Assembly: GCA_030141605.1 (NCBI GenBank)
Contig: JAQGDQ010000052.1
Coordinates: forward strand, 62,001 to 126,000
Direction of reading: 5' to 3'
DNA: 64,000 nt
Origin: Tubiluchus corallicola
Taxonomy: Eukaryota; Animalia; Priapulida
Part shown: piece by piece, positions 28,201 through 40,900 of the stretch
Layout: each line of letters begins with the position of its first letter
Numbering within the stretch: the first letter of the stretch is position 1
Notes under the pieces: model-generated
Told to the model about the DNA's origin: nothing
The model's database searches: none
What the model saw: the letters and a program-made list of their open reading frames with translations, nothing else
Position numbers and translations under genes: made by a program

Positions 28201-31200
28201 TTGAAACTGGAATCCGGCATTCAAAGGCAGGTCCTTCTCAAATGAGACAGGAAGACCAGAATCTAATTCCTTATCAATGTTATGTCTCTAGGATGAATGT
28301 TATGTCATTGAACTGGCAGAGGTATCTTAGCCATATTTGGACATGTTTATGTTTTTCCTATAAGAAGTAAATAGACAGAAACAAGCACACACTCATCAGT
28401 ACAGAATTGAGACCACACATCATTTTATTTTGGTAACTATAAATCATGTCAGATTTCTTATTCTTCAATCTGTTTTTTCAATCTTTAGCAAACACACATA
28501 AAAATTTTTCTGTTTTTTGTTAGGCCTACTAGATCTAATACATGCTCTGTTGGGAAGAATAATAAATTGTGATACATGTTATTGCACAGCATGAGGATTT
28601 GAAAATATTACATGTTTGTTTATTTTGGCAATCCATGGCAAGAGCTTTGTAAAGTAGTATTATGTGTTTTGCAACATGAGCCGCAGGCCTTATGACATTT
28701 TAGCAAAATATTGCATGCTTATTTTCTTTGGTATTTTTTCATAATATCTGGGAATGGAGAAGTCTAATATGGTATCACTATCTTCATTGGAGTGTTGAAT
28801 GTTTTGATTAGCAACTTGCTATTTGTGATTGGTATGTCAGACATCAAACAACACACATGAATAGCACATACATAAACATTTAAATAAAGAAGAGCAGTTC
28901 GTTTCAGAGCTAAATGAAGGAGTCAAAAAGTAGAGTGATGTTGTGTGCATGCTTACTTTTTTTTACTAATTTTTCATAATTTTGAAAAATGGACTGACAT
29001 GGCTTCACTGCTTGTGTTGTAGCAAAAACATTAACACATTTTCATTATAATTTATATATGCAATTGGCATAATAGACATCAAATAACACATTTGTATAGT
29101 AATTACATAAATATTTAAACAAAGAAGACCACAGTTGCTGTTAAAATGATGCCCCCAATGAAATTAGGGGAGACTTAATGTCACTATTATTTTACCTTGT
29201 TTTAGATATGTGATAACACAAGCTAACAGTGTGAATAGGAATAAAGCTCATGACAGCGTGGCTAAAGTTGGCACTGGAGGCACAGGTATAAGTGTCATTT
29301 AAAATAAACTGTACTTGATTTGTCATGTGTGATCTACAGTAGATGCCGCTTAATAAAACTCGTTTAATAGACCCAATCGCTTAATTGACTCAAGACCGAC
29401 TCAGATACGGGCCGCTTCTATTCAAATATACATAAAAACTGTCGACAATTGACTCAAATAACTCCGCGTAATTAACTCCATATTTTTTCTTCACATACTT
29501 GAAACAAGACATTTGTATGTGCCCAAAGAGCCTTTCTTACTCTTATGTCATCTTTACTTCGCTTTTGTGCACTATAATATGTGTAGAAACAATCATGTTA
29601 AGTACCATTTTGTTTGTATGCAGGTACGTTTACCATGCGCTAATATGCTAGCCTAGTGGTTTTGCTTTGAATCTGTTACCTGCTCATCCACTGCAATTAA
29701 CCTCGTTACCCAAGAATTTCTGTAAGCTAAACATTTAATCACTTGTCTAGCAGTTTCCTTTTAAAGGTCTTGTTGCAAATCACACTTTCACGCTTAGTCA
29801 GTTAGCAGTTACTGATGCAGGTACAGTAATTTTTGCAAATAAAAATGTGTGCTTTAGAAAAGTATACTTTTTAATTTATTGCTAATTCAAATAATTAATA
29901 TTTTAAAATATTTTTTTAAATTTTTAACTGCACAAAGGAATTTAGGCATTACTTCGTTTCTAAAATCCATTAAAAAACATTGCAGTGCATATTAAACTGA
30001 TGCCTCATACAGGTATACCAGTAATACTACACCTATCGGTTAATAGGTTCAGTCGGTTAATTGGGTCAAAACACTTCGGTCCCAAAGTGAGTCTATTAAG
30101 CATCGCCTACTGTATTACTTTCGAGCAATTCCTGCGGGCCACTAGTAGTTAGATCAAGGAGCCAAGTACAGTAGGACCTAATAATTGTTTGCATGCGATC
30201 TGTGCACATCGTTACTGCTGCACTACTACACACTAAAAGCTATTTTAGAAGTTATTAACATTTATATTAAAACCATATATTTCTACTTTCACGACAGATA
30301 GTGGTAATTTTATTACAATGCATATTAGTAATGTGTATAGTAGTACAGTTCATATTAATCTGTTTTGACTCGATGTTCTTCTTCAGTCTTCCTGTTTTTT
30401 CTTATCCATGTTTCTGATCTATAAGAACACTACACCTGGTGAAACGATGAAACAGCCATTGATCAAGGCATGTACTACTGAGCCTAAGCAGAAACTAAAA
30501 TCTGGGAATCCCCCCTAAATCAGGTGTAACTACACTTTTTCAGTTTGCTAGCTACATACAGATTGATCTGCCCAGTTGTCTTCTTGGTCATAGTAGGTTG
30601 ATCATTTTGACTTTTTTATTTTATATTTTTTATAATTTATTTATTTATAATTTATTTTGTAAAATAACCAAGTCAAAATGATCTAACAGCCTCGATAATA
30701 TAAATAATTAATAAATAATTATAAATAAATCAGGTGTAACTACACTTTTTCAGCTTGCTAGCTACATACAGATTGATCTGCCCAGTTGTCTTCTTGGTCA
30801 TAGTAGGTTGATCATTTTGACTTTTTTATTTTATATTTTTTATAATTTATTTATTTATAATTTATTTTGTAAAATAACCAAGTCAAAATGATCTAACAGC
30901 CTCGATAATAAAAGCCTAGAGATTGGCTGGTTGGTCTTCCTATCAGCCAATCAGATTGCTTTTCACATTTCTTGCACGTTTGAGCGTTTCAATGGCGGTT
31001 TCCATGATAGTTTGCTGTGTTCTGTGATTACATCGCTTTTTTGGGTTCCAAGTGAGCAACGTGTAATTTCGTCATGTCCGACAGTGACATTGAGTGGCAA
31101 CCGTCTTGTAAGGGTTAATGCCATCCGATCTAGTGGAAAAAATTACCCGCACACTCTTTGCAGTCGTGTCGCGGACTTCAGCTGGATACACTCAATTTAT

Positions 31201-31656
31201 CGCCCGGGCCGCGCTTTCATTAGGTTGACAAATCTCTTTGCGGGCCGCAAAGAACCTTTTGGCGGGCCTCACTTTGCACACCCCTGAGATAGGTGATTAG
31301 ATTATAGTTGAGAACGCGTAATTGAATCTTTTAAATTTTCTATTATTAATAAGTACATTACCAAAACCTTAAAGAATGCTAAAGATTAATGAGTTTTCAA
31401 ACGTTATTTGTAATTTTGCATCCACTTATCATATCTCAATAAAATATGCTTTAGTAGATGAAAGACGAATGGTGAAGACACTAAAAGTCATGTCAAGTGG
31501 TTAAAAATGAGGTTCAAATCTCTTTTGTTGTCTGGAAAATGTGCATGGCATGAAAAATTAAGATATGCTTTTTTTACAGGAATTATGCCATTTCTAAAAA
31601 GTGTAAGGAACTCGACATTAAATCACAAGTTACCATTGGCGGACACACTACTGTAG
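10227..31656 (+). CDS. IDO: Indoleamine 2,3-dioxygenase-family heme protein (IDO / IDO-like myoglobin), 14 coding exons, 394 aa
   Basis: Exons: 10227-10295, 12739-12834, 14019-14138, 14964-15079, 15788-15802, 17333-17435, 22808-22925, 24192-24243, 26181-26244, 27314-27389, 27629-27730, 27845-27941, 29206-29285, 31580-31656. All are GT-AG, phase-compatible and free of internal stops. Motifs: FHVSRDAGFAIDNP, LPDYFQPW, QAYIW, LAVP..PPI..AD, FYNEFRPFLAG, GGSAAQS, MRNFVPPKH, FRSLH (proximal His), GTGGT and PFLKSVR. Confidence 0.95.
11480..11690 (-). mobile_element. CR1/L2-type LINE ORF2 C-terminal fragment
   Basis: TRGHSKKLKKPYCRLSVRLHY, then a frameshift, then VNLWNSLSDHVVTALSLNIFKVRLDQYW. This is the typical ORF2 tail. 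Confidence 0.8.
11902..12345 (+). mobile_element. Degenerate CR1/L2-type LINE endonuclease (EEP) domain
   Basis: FSLLYHNCRSI*KN...FSVLVFTETWL, ESLFAEI...IILCVVYR and YICGDFNLNLL, with stops and frameshifts. Confidence 0.8.
17523..17597 (+). pseudogene. tRNA-like relic (tRNA pseudogene or tRNA-SINE head)
   Basis: Acceptor-like gcctctt/aagatgc, D-arm gct-gtaatggtt-agc (A-box-like) and T-arm ttggg-cttgagt-cccag (decayed B-box). The anticodon stem pairs poorly. Confidence 0.4.
18026..18512. mobile_element. Tc1/mariner-superfamily (pogo/Tc2-like) MITE, 487 bp
   Basis: Perfect TIR ccgtatatactcgcatata / tatatgcgagtatatacgg, TA on both sides, and internal gtcg(g/a)cttata repeats. Confidence 0.9.
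19836..20825 (+). CDS. Intronless class A (rhodopsin-like) GPCR, orphan, 329 aa, nested in IDO intron 6
   Basis: Seven hydrophobic segments. N-terminal NxT/S sites, TM1 GN, TM2 SLAVTD, TM3 IERY, TM4 W, TM5 P..Y, TM6 CWLP, TM7 NPFIY and helix-8 FRKAF. Confidence 0.93.
   Translation: MDDETFMDRNDTEKTDIVTLFNNTNVSDVTQSSRQIDGINYFQITLLVIIFVIATPGNSLVLLAVYRTRQLRTKTNSLIASLAVTDVIVGVASFFHAVQCGIYSAGLQCSLSSVYHLSDAPYSIFFYLIEPLYIFSVNASIYHIIGIAIERYIAIIYPLQYNTCVTEKSIKYAIFTMWAMSLLYSLLSIMLFNLFDSIIAVVVDIVCCYLIPLVMTIVIYIKIWNVAQKQMRRIHDNEFRTTGLISRRKIRATVMMAVVTCAFMCCWLPYYVDSFNIIIYRGAWHIKLIYASIGTFNSCLNPFIYTIYSSQFRKAFTQILARQDASSVS
25819..25922. repeat. GC-rich interspersed-repeat fragment
   Basis: ggggctctgccccggatcctgctggtggagcttatag...gaccctctagctgg resembles an internal motif common in invertebrate non-autonomous DNA elements. 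No termini were seen. Confidence 0.4.
26673..27021. mobile_element. hAT-type MITE, about 350 bp
   Basis: TIR tagggatgagcat / atgctcaccccta, 8-bp target-site duplication gtacatac / gtacatgc (7 of 8 match), and many ttcga subterminal motifs. Confidence 0.85.
28745..29135. repeat. Old diverged tandem duplication, period about 230 bp
   Basis: agacatcaaa.aacaca...tacataaa.atttaaa.aaagaaga occurs at about 28840 and about 29073. Confidence 0.6.
29337..30112. mobile_element. pogo/Tigger-like non-autonomous DNA transposon, 776 bp
   Basis: Imperfect TIRs cagtagatgccgcttaata / tattaagcatcgcctactg with TA flanks. Both ends are colinear with the element at 50328-51993. Confidence 0.85.
30516..30910. repeat. 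Near-identical direct duplication (two units of about 185 bp, period 210)
   Basis: 30516-30700 and 30726-30910 differ at one visible base. Each unit contains the inverted repeat gatcattttgactt / aagtcaaaatgatc. Confidence 0.9.
31200..31286. mobile_element. hAT-Charlie-like terminal fragment
   Basis: cgggccg/cgggcc subterminal motifs ending in tttgcacacccctg. Confidence 0.55.
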
Positions 31657-34600
31657 CATTGTGTACTTGAAACTTGAAAAGTTGTTAGTCTTGAATTATA
31701 ATTTGAAATTCTTCCAAAGACAATTCATGACACGTAATCTTTTTCAGTGCTATTTTTGCAGAGTACTTATAGCTTGGTCAGTGGTACAACTATACTTAAA
31801 TGTACCCCAATTAGATTATGAAATTGGCTTTAACTGCGGCAGAAGTGTGAAGCCTACCCTCTTCAGTAACCTGAACATGGGGGGGGGGGTCGTGGGAAAA
31901 CTCCTGCAATGGTGGTGCATTTCCTTGGCGATATTTTTGAAAGAACTACATGCACTTTTACGAGATTTTTTAACATGTTAAAGACTAGTTTAATAAACCT
32001 TCATGTATAAATTTATAGAAATTGTTAGGTACGTGATTTCCTTGTGCTAAAGTAAGAAATGCAATAAAACTTCAAGTATGTGCTTTGACTATAATGACTC
32101 TGTTAAAAACAGTTGTAAAACTTTCCATCCAGTAATGTGAAAGCTGTTACCTAAATCATCGTCTTCTTTGTTTTCTTCACAGCGAATTGCCATTATCTAA
32201 CTTGGTTTCTTTTCTTTTTTACCATAGCCAAATCACCAAAGGCTTTTGTGATCTGTGAGCTTAGTTGTAATTAAAAACTTTACTTAAAGAGGAATTGAGA
32301 GACAACACTGTTTGCTCTAATTTTCGCATTTTGGTTCCTATCTTGGCTCGTTAAAGAATCCCAGGTTTTAAAAACACTTGGTGCACATGTACCCCATAAT
32401 ACCTAAATTCCTGTGGAAAAAAATTCGAACTAAACTCAAAGCCCTAGGAGGAGTTGAGTAATAATTGAAAAACTGACCGATGTCCAGCGTCCTTGACCCT
32501 TTTACATGAGGTCATTGGTCGCCATACCACTGCCTATACTCCACCTTCAGGTGTCTACCAACCAAGTTTGGTGACGCTAGGTACCACCATTTTGGACTTA
32601 TTCACTGTTGTAGCATTGTTGCGGAGAAACAATATAATAATAATGATGATAATAAAAATAATAATAATAATGATAAATAAATGGTTGATTTTCAATAAGA
32701 TTCTATACAGAATCTTAATAATAATAAACGGTTGATTTCCAGTAAGATACCGCTATATGCAAAATTTTAATTATCCTTAGACAATTAATTTACTTTTAGC
32801 TCATGTACGTTATTCTACAGAAAAGTCAGACGGATGTAAGACAGACAGCAACCACTTGAAAGATTTGTGCATCCCCATCTACTGTTTTGAATAATTTCTT
32901 CTGAATTAGAACAATCAGAAAAGCAGAGAGTGACTGCTGTATAAAACTCAAATGCATATTTATGTTTAATATCTACCAGACAATCACAAAATAATATCAT
33001 TAATCTTCTGAAAGAGTTGCTTAGTATAGGTGGCTTTTATTAGCCAAGTTTTTGACGAGCTGGTTTCTATTGCTGGAAATATATTGCTTCAAGTTGCAAG
33101 AAACTGCAGCATTCTGGTTTTGGCCAAAAAGTGCCCTCCTTGTTCTGCAGGGTCTTGCTTTATAGTAGTTATGCCATTGAACTTGATATAAGTTACTTCA
33201 GGTTTATTAAATAAAGCAGTTCAAATTTTTAAAAAATTCTAAAGTTAGTTGCCTAGTTAAGAGTTATAGTTAATAATGTACCTTTCTGTTGGATGAAAAA
33301 TAATTTTGTGAAAAAGGGCGGTATAACAATCTTTGACTTTTAGAAAAAAACTTTTATTTGTCATAGTGGAAATGAAAATATAGCATAAATCTAGTTAAAA
33401 AGTGAGTTCTTCTTAGTCAGCAAAGTTATTGATAATAAATGAATTTCAATTTTGTATTCTACCAGTTTTTCTAAGTCAAGACAGTTTTACCTGTTGTTAT
33501 TCTGAGTCCTGCTTCGCACAATGTATTTTATTTAGAATATTTTTCTTTTTTGTTGCTATTATGCAGTAATGATTGTTAGACATAGTTAAGTTTTATTTAC
33601 AAAGTGCAAATTTATTCTGATTTAAATGGACCTGATTGTACTTTACTAATTTTTTAAGTGCTCAATAATTATTTTATGCTCAAAGTGTCATTGTATGCAT
33701 ATAAAATATGAAATTTAAGGTAGTTTATAATAAATGATAGCTATAAATAACAAGTGTTGAGTGTTTTAATGTGTGATTAGAAAAAAATCACAGGCACACA
33801 TTGGTAAAGTCACAAATACACAAAAAGTGAACTCTTGACATTTTCCCTGTCATATTTTGACGATCTAGAAGGTTTATCTTATGAATATAAGCACTTTTTT
33901 GATTTTGTGTTAGTTAGAATAGACTGTGACACAGTAGATTTCATTGTAGTAGAATAGTAAATTTCCGAGCAGTGGAGAGCAGTGAAAACAGAGTATATTG
34001 TTGTAGTAGGATAAAATTAAGAGAGTGCGGAGAAGATTGGTTAAAGTGCAGGTGTTGTAATTAAGGGTTAATAATTAGCATTGTACATTGCTGTTATTGT
34101 ATTAATGTAGTTATTATCTATGATAAGCAAGTAGACACCTTCAGTATTGTGTAATCAACTTGCATCTTGCCAACGTCTGCTGTATCATGTCACGAGTTAG
34201 TAAGTAGTGTGAACAATAGGGTGTCAAACAATAGATGTGTACCAGGTTTCTTGCAGGCCTGTCCTTAGGCACTCTGTGCACATGTTATATATGTTAGGAA
34301 ATTTCCTAAATCTGTGTTATTTGTAAGATATACTACGAGCTGACAACATCTGTTGCTTATAAAACAGCTGATTTATTATTGTGATTGGTTTTCTGCACTT
34401 AATATGGTAGAATGGAAGACCATGTGTGGTCTATCTGGATGGTGATGTTGCTGTGGTAGCTGTTTTGGTGAAGTTGTTAATGAAGCTATTGGAATACAGC
34501 CTTCTTGTGTTACTACATGATATCTAGTGTACTTCAATATCTAGTTTGCATAATGTACTTATTAGAGTCAAGCGCATTTCTGTTCATGTTAATTCTATAT

Positions 34601-34954
34601 TGTGAATTAATACATTTGATTTTTTATTATTAAGCCATGATCCCGTAGTACTGTTTGAGTTGTTCTGGTTATTTGATTATGTTACGTTATAACTTGTGAT
34701 GCTAGCATGTAATAGCACAAAAGTGGATTGGAATAAAGGACTTAACTAAATTAGGTAAATTGAACGTTTTCATGTGTGTTTTTTGCTGTTCTTTGTACGA
34801 GTGTTAACTGCCTTGTGAATTTTTTGCTATCTGTCACCTGTTCTGTACATGGCCTGAGTTTTAATTGACAGTATGCAAACAGAGGCTGATGTCTGTGTCA
34901 CACATAAGCAGTGGCATTAGGTTTTATTTTGGAATTTGCCATTGACCTAGCAAC

Positions 34955-37900
34955 ATGGTGTCTTATGAGTATGTGTTTTTCTGCATGGCCGGAGTACTCT
35001 TACAGTTAGTGTTACCAATAGTATCTCAGTTAGGTGAGTGAAACAATATATTTGTGTTTTTATTCCAGCTAGATTATCTTGTCAATTGCATTTTTTGAGC
35101 TCAGTGTCATTTCTATTAATGATTTAGTTGACTGTTTTTAAGTGCAGTGAATCTAGCCAGTGTGGCTTATAGCAAATTAACACATAGACATGAAAGAGCG
35201 TTAGGTATTAATTTTTTAAATTACATCGTTACTTGTAAATATGTAAGGTTTATTCTTTGAACTAATCAGTATTGTGAAAAAAAAATGATGATCTTTATTT
35301 GTGATGTTACTAAGTATTGCAATTACTGTTATCATCAAGAAATTTTATTGAATTGTGACTTTTCGGTAGCTAAAGTATTCTTAGTATTTTACATTTTTAG
35401 TGTTATATTTTGGTTTTTAACACCTTAGTTAGGTACTGAAGCCGCTTTACGAAAGTAAAAAAAGGAAATTATCACTGATTTTTGACTTTCTGTCTGTACC
35501 AAAAAGATTATAAGCTTATTTGAAATTCATCATTTAGAGCTTCTTATCACTTTACTATTTACACACGGTTCTTTTTCCGAACTTTTTCACCAAATCTGTC
35601 AGAGGTGTGACATTGTTCTTGATATGAAAAAATAATTTGTCCTGTTGACTAAATAAGGTGTTTGCTAAATTCAGAATCTTAAAATTAGTGATTAAACGTA
35701 TGTTCTAAGTTCTTTATATCTATTCCATCCTCGTTAGGCTCTCTTCTTTTTACTATAAATTGAACCACAAAGTCCATTATGACTTTCTTTGCAGAAGTAA
35801 AAATTTCCTTGTGTTGTCGTTGTTAGACTTACAATGCTTGCCATACCACTACCAAATCGTTTGCATGAAATAGCCTCATAGACTAGTTTGTATGTGTGTA
35901 AAACCTATCTCTTACAGAAGCTTTTCTCCTTGTATTATTTGATACATGTTTTTATAGAGGGCTATGGAGCAGATAGGAACCTGGTTTCTGTGTCCGGAAT
36001 ATCGTCTGGTGGTTGCATGGCAACTCAGCTTCATGTAGCCTTCTCGAGTACATTTATGGGCGTCGGCATCATTGCTGGTGCCCCTTATTACTGCGCTCAG
36101 AGTAACACCATCACTGCTACAACAGCGTGCATGACAACCCCTTCTCTTATATCAGGTATTTTTGTAGGTTATTTGCTTATTTATAACAGTTTCTTATGCT
36201 ATGCATGTGCATACAATTTTCAGGGATGGTGTTTGATCTACAAATTCAAAAACAGCTAGTAGTGTTATTTCTGTTAAATGGTATTCATTCGGAACTAGCT
36301 TAATAGAATGCTGCGTCCAAAAAAGATAGAGCCTGGGTAAAGAAAGAAAAAAGAAGAGCATTTGCTTGCATGTGATACTTGTTGCCTGAATGATATTTTT
36401 ACGCAATTCACAACCATTAGAGTTTGGCTAAATTTTGTTTTAAATTGAAAATACTTGTAAAGCTGAACTAAACCTTAAAAAAAGTTGTTGGTTGAATGAT
36501 GTGATGTTGATAGTTTAAAATGATTGCTTTTCATTGGTATTATGTCACTTTTTCATTATTTTTGTTTAGTCGCATTATTATGGTCTGAAACAACCTTGGC
36601 ACAAAACATTGGTGTCATAGATCATACATCAAACATGGCTGATGACAGGGTGTGGTTGTTTAGTGGAGCTACAGACAGTGTTGTCAATCCAGGTAAATAA
36701 TAAAACAGAACTGCCTTCTTGGTGTCATGCTGTAAACATTCTGTTTCTCTCCTAATGCTTCTGTTATCCTGTGTTTGTTTATCCCTGAATCTGATTATGT
36801 AAATTTAAGCACACGTGTTGTGGCCAGGGCCGGAAAATTTTCATGGACTAGTAAGTGCTTCATTTGACAGAGGGACGTAAAGTTGTACATACAATATGTT
36901 TTCTCAAAATTTTAATAGAAAAAAGTTAGGAACGTCTTCTCTTTATTGTTCCTATTAGCAAAAATGACAAAACTGTCCCACAATTACTCATCAAAGTTAC
37001 GATGTAATTATTACTAAAAATAATGTCTTGGTGTAAGATTTGTATTTTGAAACTTTGCAGCGGCCAAACGCCCACCAACCAGGTCTAATTGTATTTGCAC
37101 ATGTAGTAGTTATTATTGTGGCCATCTCGTTCTAAAAATAGGCCTGCTTCTATAAAGCAGCACAGCTAGCCTTCCAAATCCTACCAATCTGCAGTAGTAA
37201 AATTTTATTACATGATATTTTATACTTAAAAGTGTGATCTTGCTGACTCATTGATTTTTGGTTGGCTTCTAATTATACTATTATAGTTACCATAACTATA
37301 ATTGGTCTAGCCACCTGTGTTACCAACCGGTACAAGTTTTATACTAATATCTTAGATAGAGAGTTCACGGGATAATTGCTTTATAGCACTCAAAAATACT
37401 TTCTTGAGTAGTTAAGCAATGTCAAATGCTAGAAGTGCCCATGTGGGTGAGATATTTTGCAGAATGATCGTTTTCAAGTTGTGTTTTAGCAGTGTGATAT
37501 AAACACTGAGCTAAAGAAAGTCTAACGCTTCTTTCTTAGTATAGTTCTAAGATAGTTCTAAGAAATTTTAACAATAATGTCTAGCGTAAGGTAAAATTGT
37601 CTTGCTTCAGCATCACAGTTTTATATCTGCATGTGTGCTTGATGTGCATATAGACTACTAATTAATACTATGGATGAGTGTGTTACAGTGACTGAAAAAT
37701 GTGTGAAGATAGCAACAATATTGCCAATGAAGATACATGTAAAAACTAACATTTTAGACATCCAAATTTTCATGTGTGGCTCTGTGGTCTTCTCTGTTTT
37801 TGTAATTGTTTCCGGGTTAGGTACATCACCGGGATGCCAACTTTTAATCCTTGGGACATTTATAAGACTTTCTGTCTTTAGTTCTAGCACTGCGTTTGGT

Positions 37901-40900
37901 GAGATATGCTCAAGATTTATTTGTATTGGTGTTTGAACAGGAAATATAGTCATACAGAATGTTAAGAAAAACTTTGTAACCATTTAATTGCTGAGCAGAT
38001 TAACTTACCATGTTTGTTGCCTTTTTCTGACTTTTTTCCTTAAAGATTATAATGCTAAATAAGGTATTGTTTTAAATTCTTATCAAACATTAGCTTAATC
38101 ATTACAGCAAAACTCTGGTGCAAAATTACAGCCTGTACAACAGGAATAGACCGACATTTGTAGTACAAAGGAGAACTTTAATAATTAACTCACGCTTTTT
38201 CCTGCATTTTTGTAGTGTAATTGTTAAGATAGTGCAGTGCTGTAAGTTTTGATTTAGAGTTGAAATGATAGGATTTAATGCCAAAAAATAATCTTTCAAG
38301 TGTTATGGATTTTTTGCCTCAGATGAACGTGTGTTCAGTAATTGTCTCAGCTCGATATTATAGATAGTAATGAATAACAAAACCCCCAAAATATGTTTTG
38401 TGACTGTAAAGTTTTTCTACTTTAAAGGACGAGCAGTTGTGTTTCTTTGCTGAAAATAAAACATGCATGAAACAATACTGTACAAAAAGCAGTATGCCAC
38501 TTATAAACAACTCCGGCAAATAAATATTGACCTCACTCGATAATATGCTCATGTGGTTGAATTTATTAAGTACAAATTATTTGGGTCTGAATGTATGAGC
38601 ATTCAATTTAATACTGTAAATGAATAATAAGAATTGTCCAATCCAAATTCAATTTTAAATCACAATATTATTGAATTAATTATTGTTTTTAGCTGAAGAA
38701 TAGTTGCATAGATTGTCTGAAGCCTTTTTAAGTAAGCAGTAGGATTCGAAATTTGTTGCCTAATTTGAACTTATAGAATTTAAGTATTTTTTTGTGTGAA
38801 TTCACAGGTGTCGTTGAAAAAGTTGAAGAATATTATGAGAATTATGTTCATTCATCCAATATCAAAAGGGTTTATTCTGTGAATGCTGAACATACATTTG
38901 TAAGTAATCCAAAGATAAAATGTAATGGTTAAAATTATGTGTTTTGTTGGTTGCTCTGCTAAATTGTAAACTTAAGTTTAAAGAGTCAAGATTATAACAC
39001 TTGTCTCACAAATCTGTTTTATTAACTACCCAATGGATTCATTTAACCATTTGTATTGCTATGTGTTAAAAACCTATCTATTACTTTTGTGTTAAACTGA
39101 CCTAGTCTTCTAGGTATACTGTAATAGTTCAGTTATTTGGATTTTCCATTTATCCTGCGATTGCTTTACTTAGCTGTCAGTGCACTCTCTGGACACACCC
39201 CTAGTGTTCATAGTTTATATGTATTTTAACTCATGTTGCAAGGTTGACGTTTGAATCTAGACATCAGAAAAGTGTTGCCGTAACAAATTGAGTGTGTTAT
39301 CGAGTGAGATTGATATTTATTTGCTGGGTTTGTTTAGAAGTAGCATGTTGCTTTTTGTATAGTGCTGTTTTCAGCGAGTTTGTGTTTGTGTTTCCCATTA
39401 ATAATGTAACCTCGGAATTTATTCTTGTTTTATTGTCACGACAGCATTTTTTGCTCATACTGCTACATACTTTTAGAGACAACAATTTAGAAAAAAATAA
39501 TATTGTTGTTTGTCTTTGTGTTTAGCCTACACTTGATTATGGAGGTGCTTGTACTTCAAAAGAGCTTCCTTATATTGGGAAATGTAATTATGATGCTGCT
39601 TACGAGATGCTGAACCATATCTACGGCGATGGATTAATGGTATGATAAAAGTTTTGTGATTTGTAAATTTGTGATCTGTCATTGCAGTGCAAAAACTAAA
39701 GCTAAACAAAGTGCAGCTTTTGAGGTAAGATGTTATTTGAACATAATTTATTAAGTTCGCATGTAACGTCACTACTCGCTCGAACAAAACCTACTCATTA
39801 GAGATGATACACAATTTTTGAATGTTTTTTGCATTTTTCTAAGTTGTGCTTTCAATAGCAAAAATGTTTCGGCAATTTTTACATAATATAGAGCGGATCT
39901 CTAGAGTAAAAATGAATTGCATTAAATTGTGCAAAACCAACAACGCTAAATATGCTTTGTAAAGTTCCAAATGTGAGAAGCCAAAACCAGTTACAAAATT
40001 ATATTTTTTTATATTTGGAAACTTCTGTGTTAACATTTTTACCACTTACTAAAATTCACTTTCAAAATAGATATTTTATAATGTTGTCTTTGATAAAAAC
40101 TACATGTAGAAAAAAAACGCGATTTCTACAATCTTTCAAATAACTTTCTTCATTCGAGCTTGTTCATCAAATAATGTCTACAATAATTTTTACAATTTTG
40201 CAGTGTTTTAGTAAAAAAATTGATAGATCAGCAAATTTTTGATTGGCTAGTTTTAGCTCATGTTTTACACATTATTATTTTGTAGAGACCGACTTCTTCA
40301 ACATCTACTCCCGGAGACGTAAGTAACAGTTACTTGTTTATCAATGCATTATTACTTGTTAATAATAGAGTCCATGCAGAAGTAGCACAAACAAATCATT
40401 TTGCCATTTGTAAAACCTGAATTATTTATTCCTTTACTTGATATTAATAAGGGGGTGCACATACAAACTATTTTTGCTAAAAAAACAAAAAGGTGATGTT
40501 GTTTGATGTTCAGACTAGTAAAATTCACTGTTTTAATTTAATAACATCTAATGGACAATATGCGATATACAATTTTGCGTGTGTAAATATGTAAAGTGTA
40601 TGAAAATAGTTGTAATTTCCCAGTTTTTCTTTTTTCCAAGCATGTCTCTAGCAGGTATATTTTATTATGCTTTTTCAGTTTATACTGTTTGACACAAGAG
40701 AATTTTTTGTAGCCAGTCCTGGATCTTACTCAATGGACACTTACTCTTATGTTTATGTGCCATCAAGATGCAAAACAAATAGTGGTAAGTATTTTCAAGT
40801 TAAATTACATAAAAAATAAAACCTATTTTAAAGGAATTGTGTGTCTGCATTTAGAAGAAATATTGTCCATTAAGTCATTCTGGGGAGCCTAGCTAATTTA

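Noticed and set aside
37621-37983. 120-aa minus-strand ORF and similar 60-130-aa ORFs in the track
   Set aside because: They have no recognisable motifs, mostly use non-ATG starts, and have the composition of AT-rich intronic DNA.
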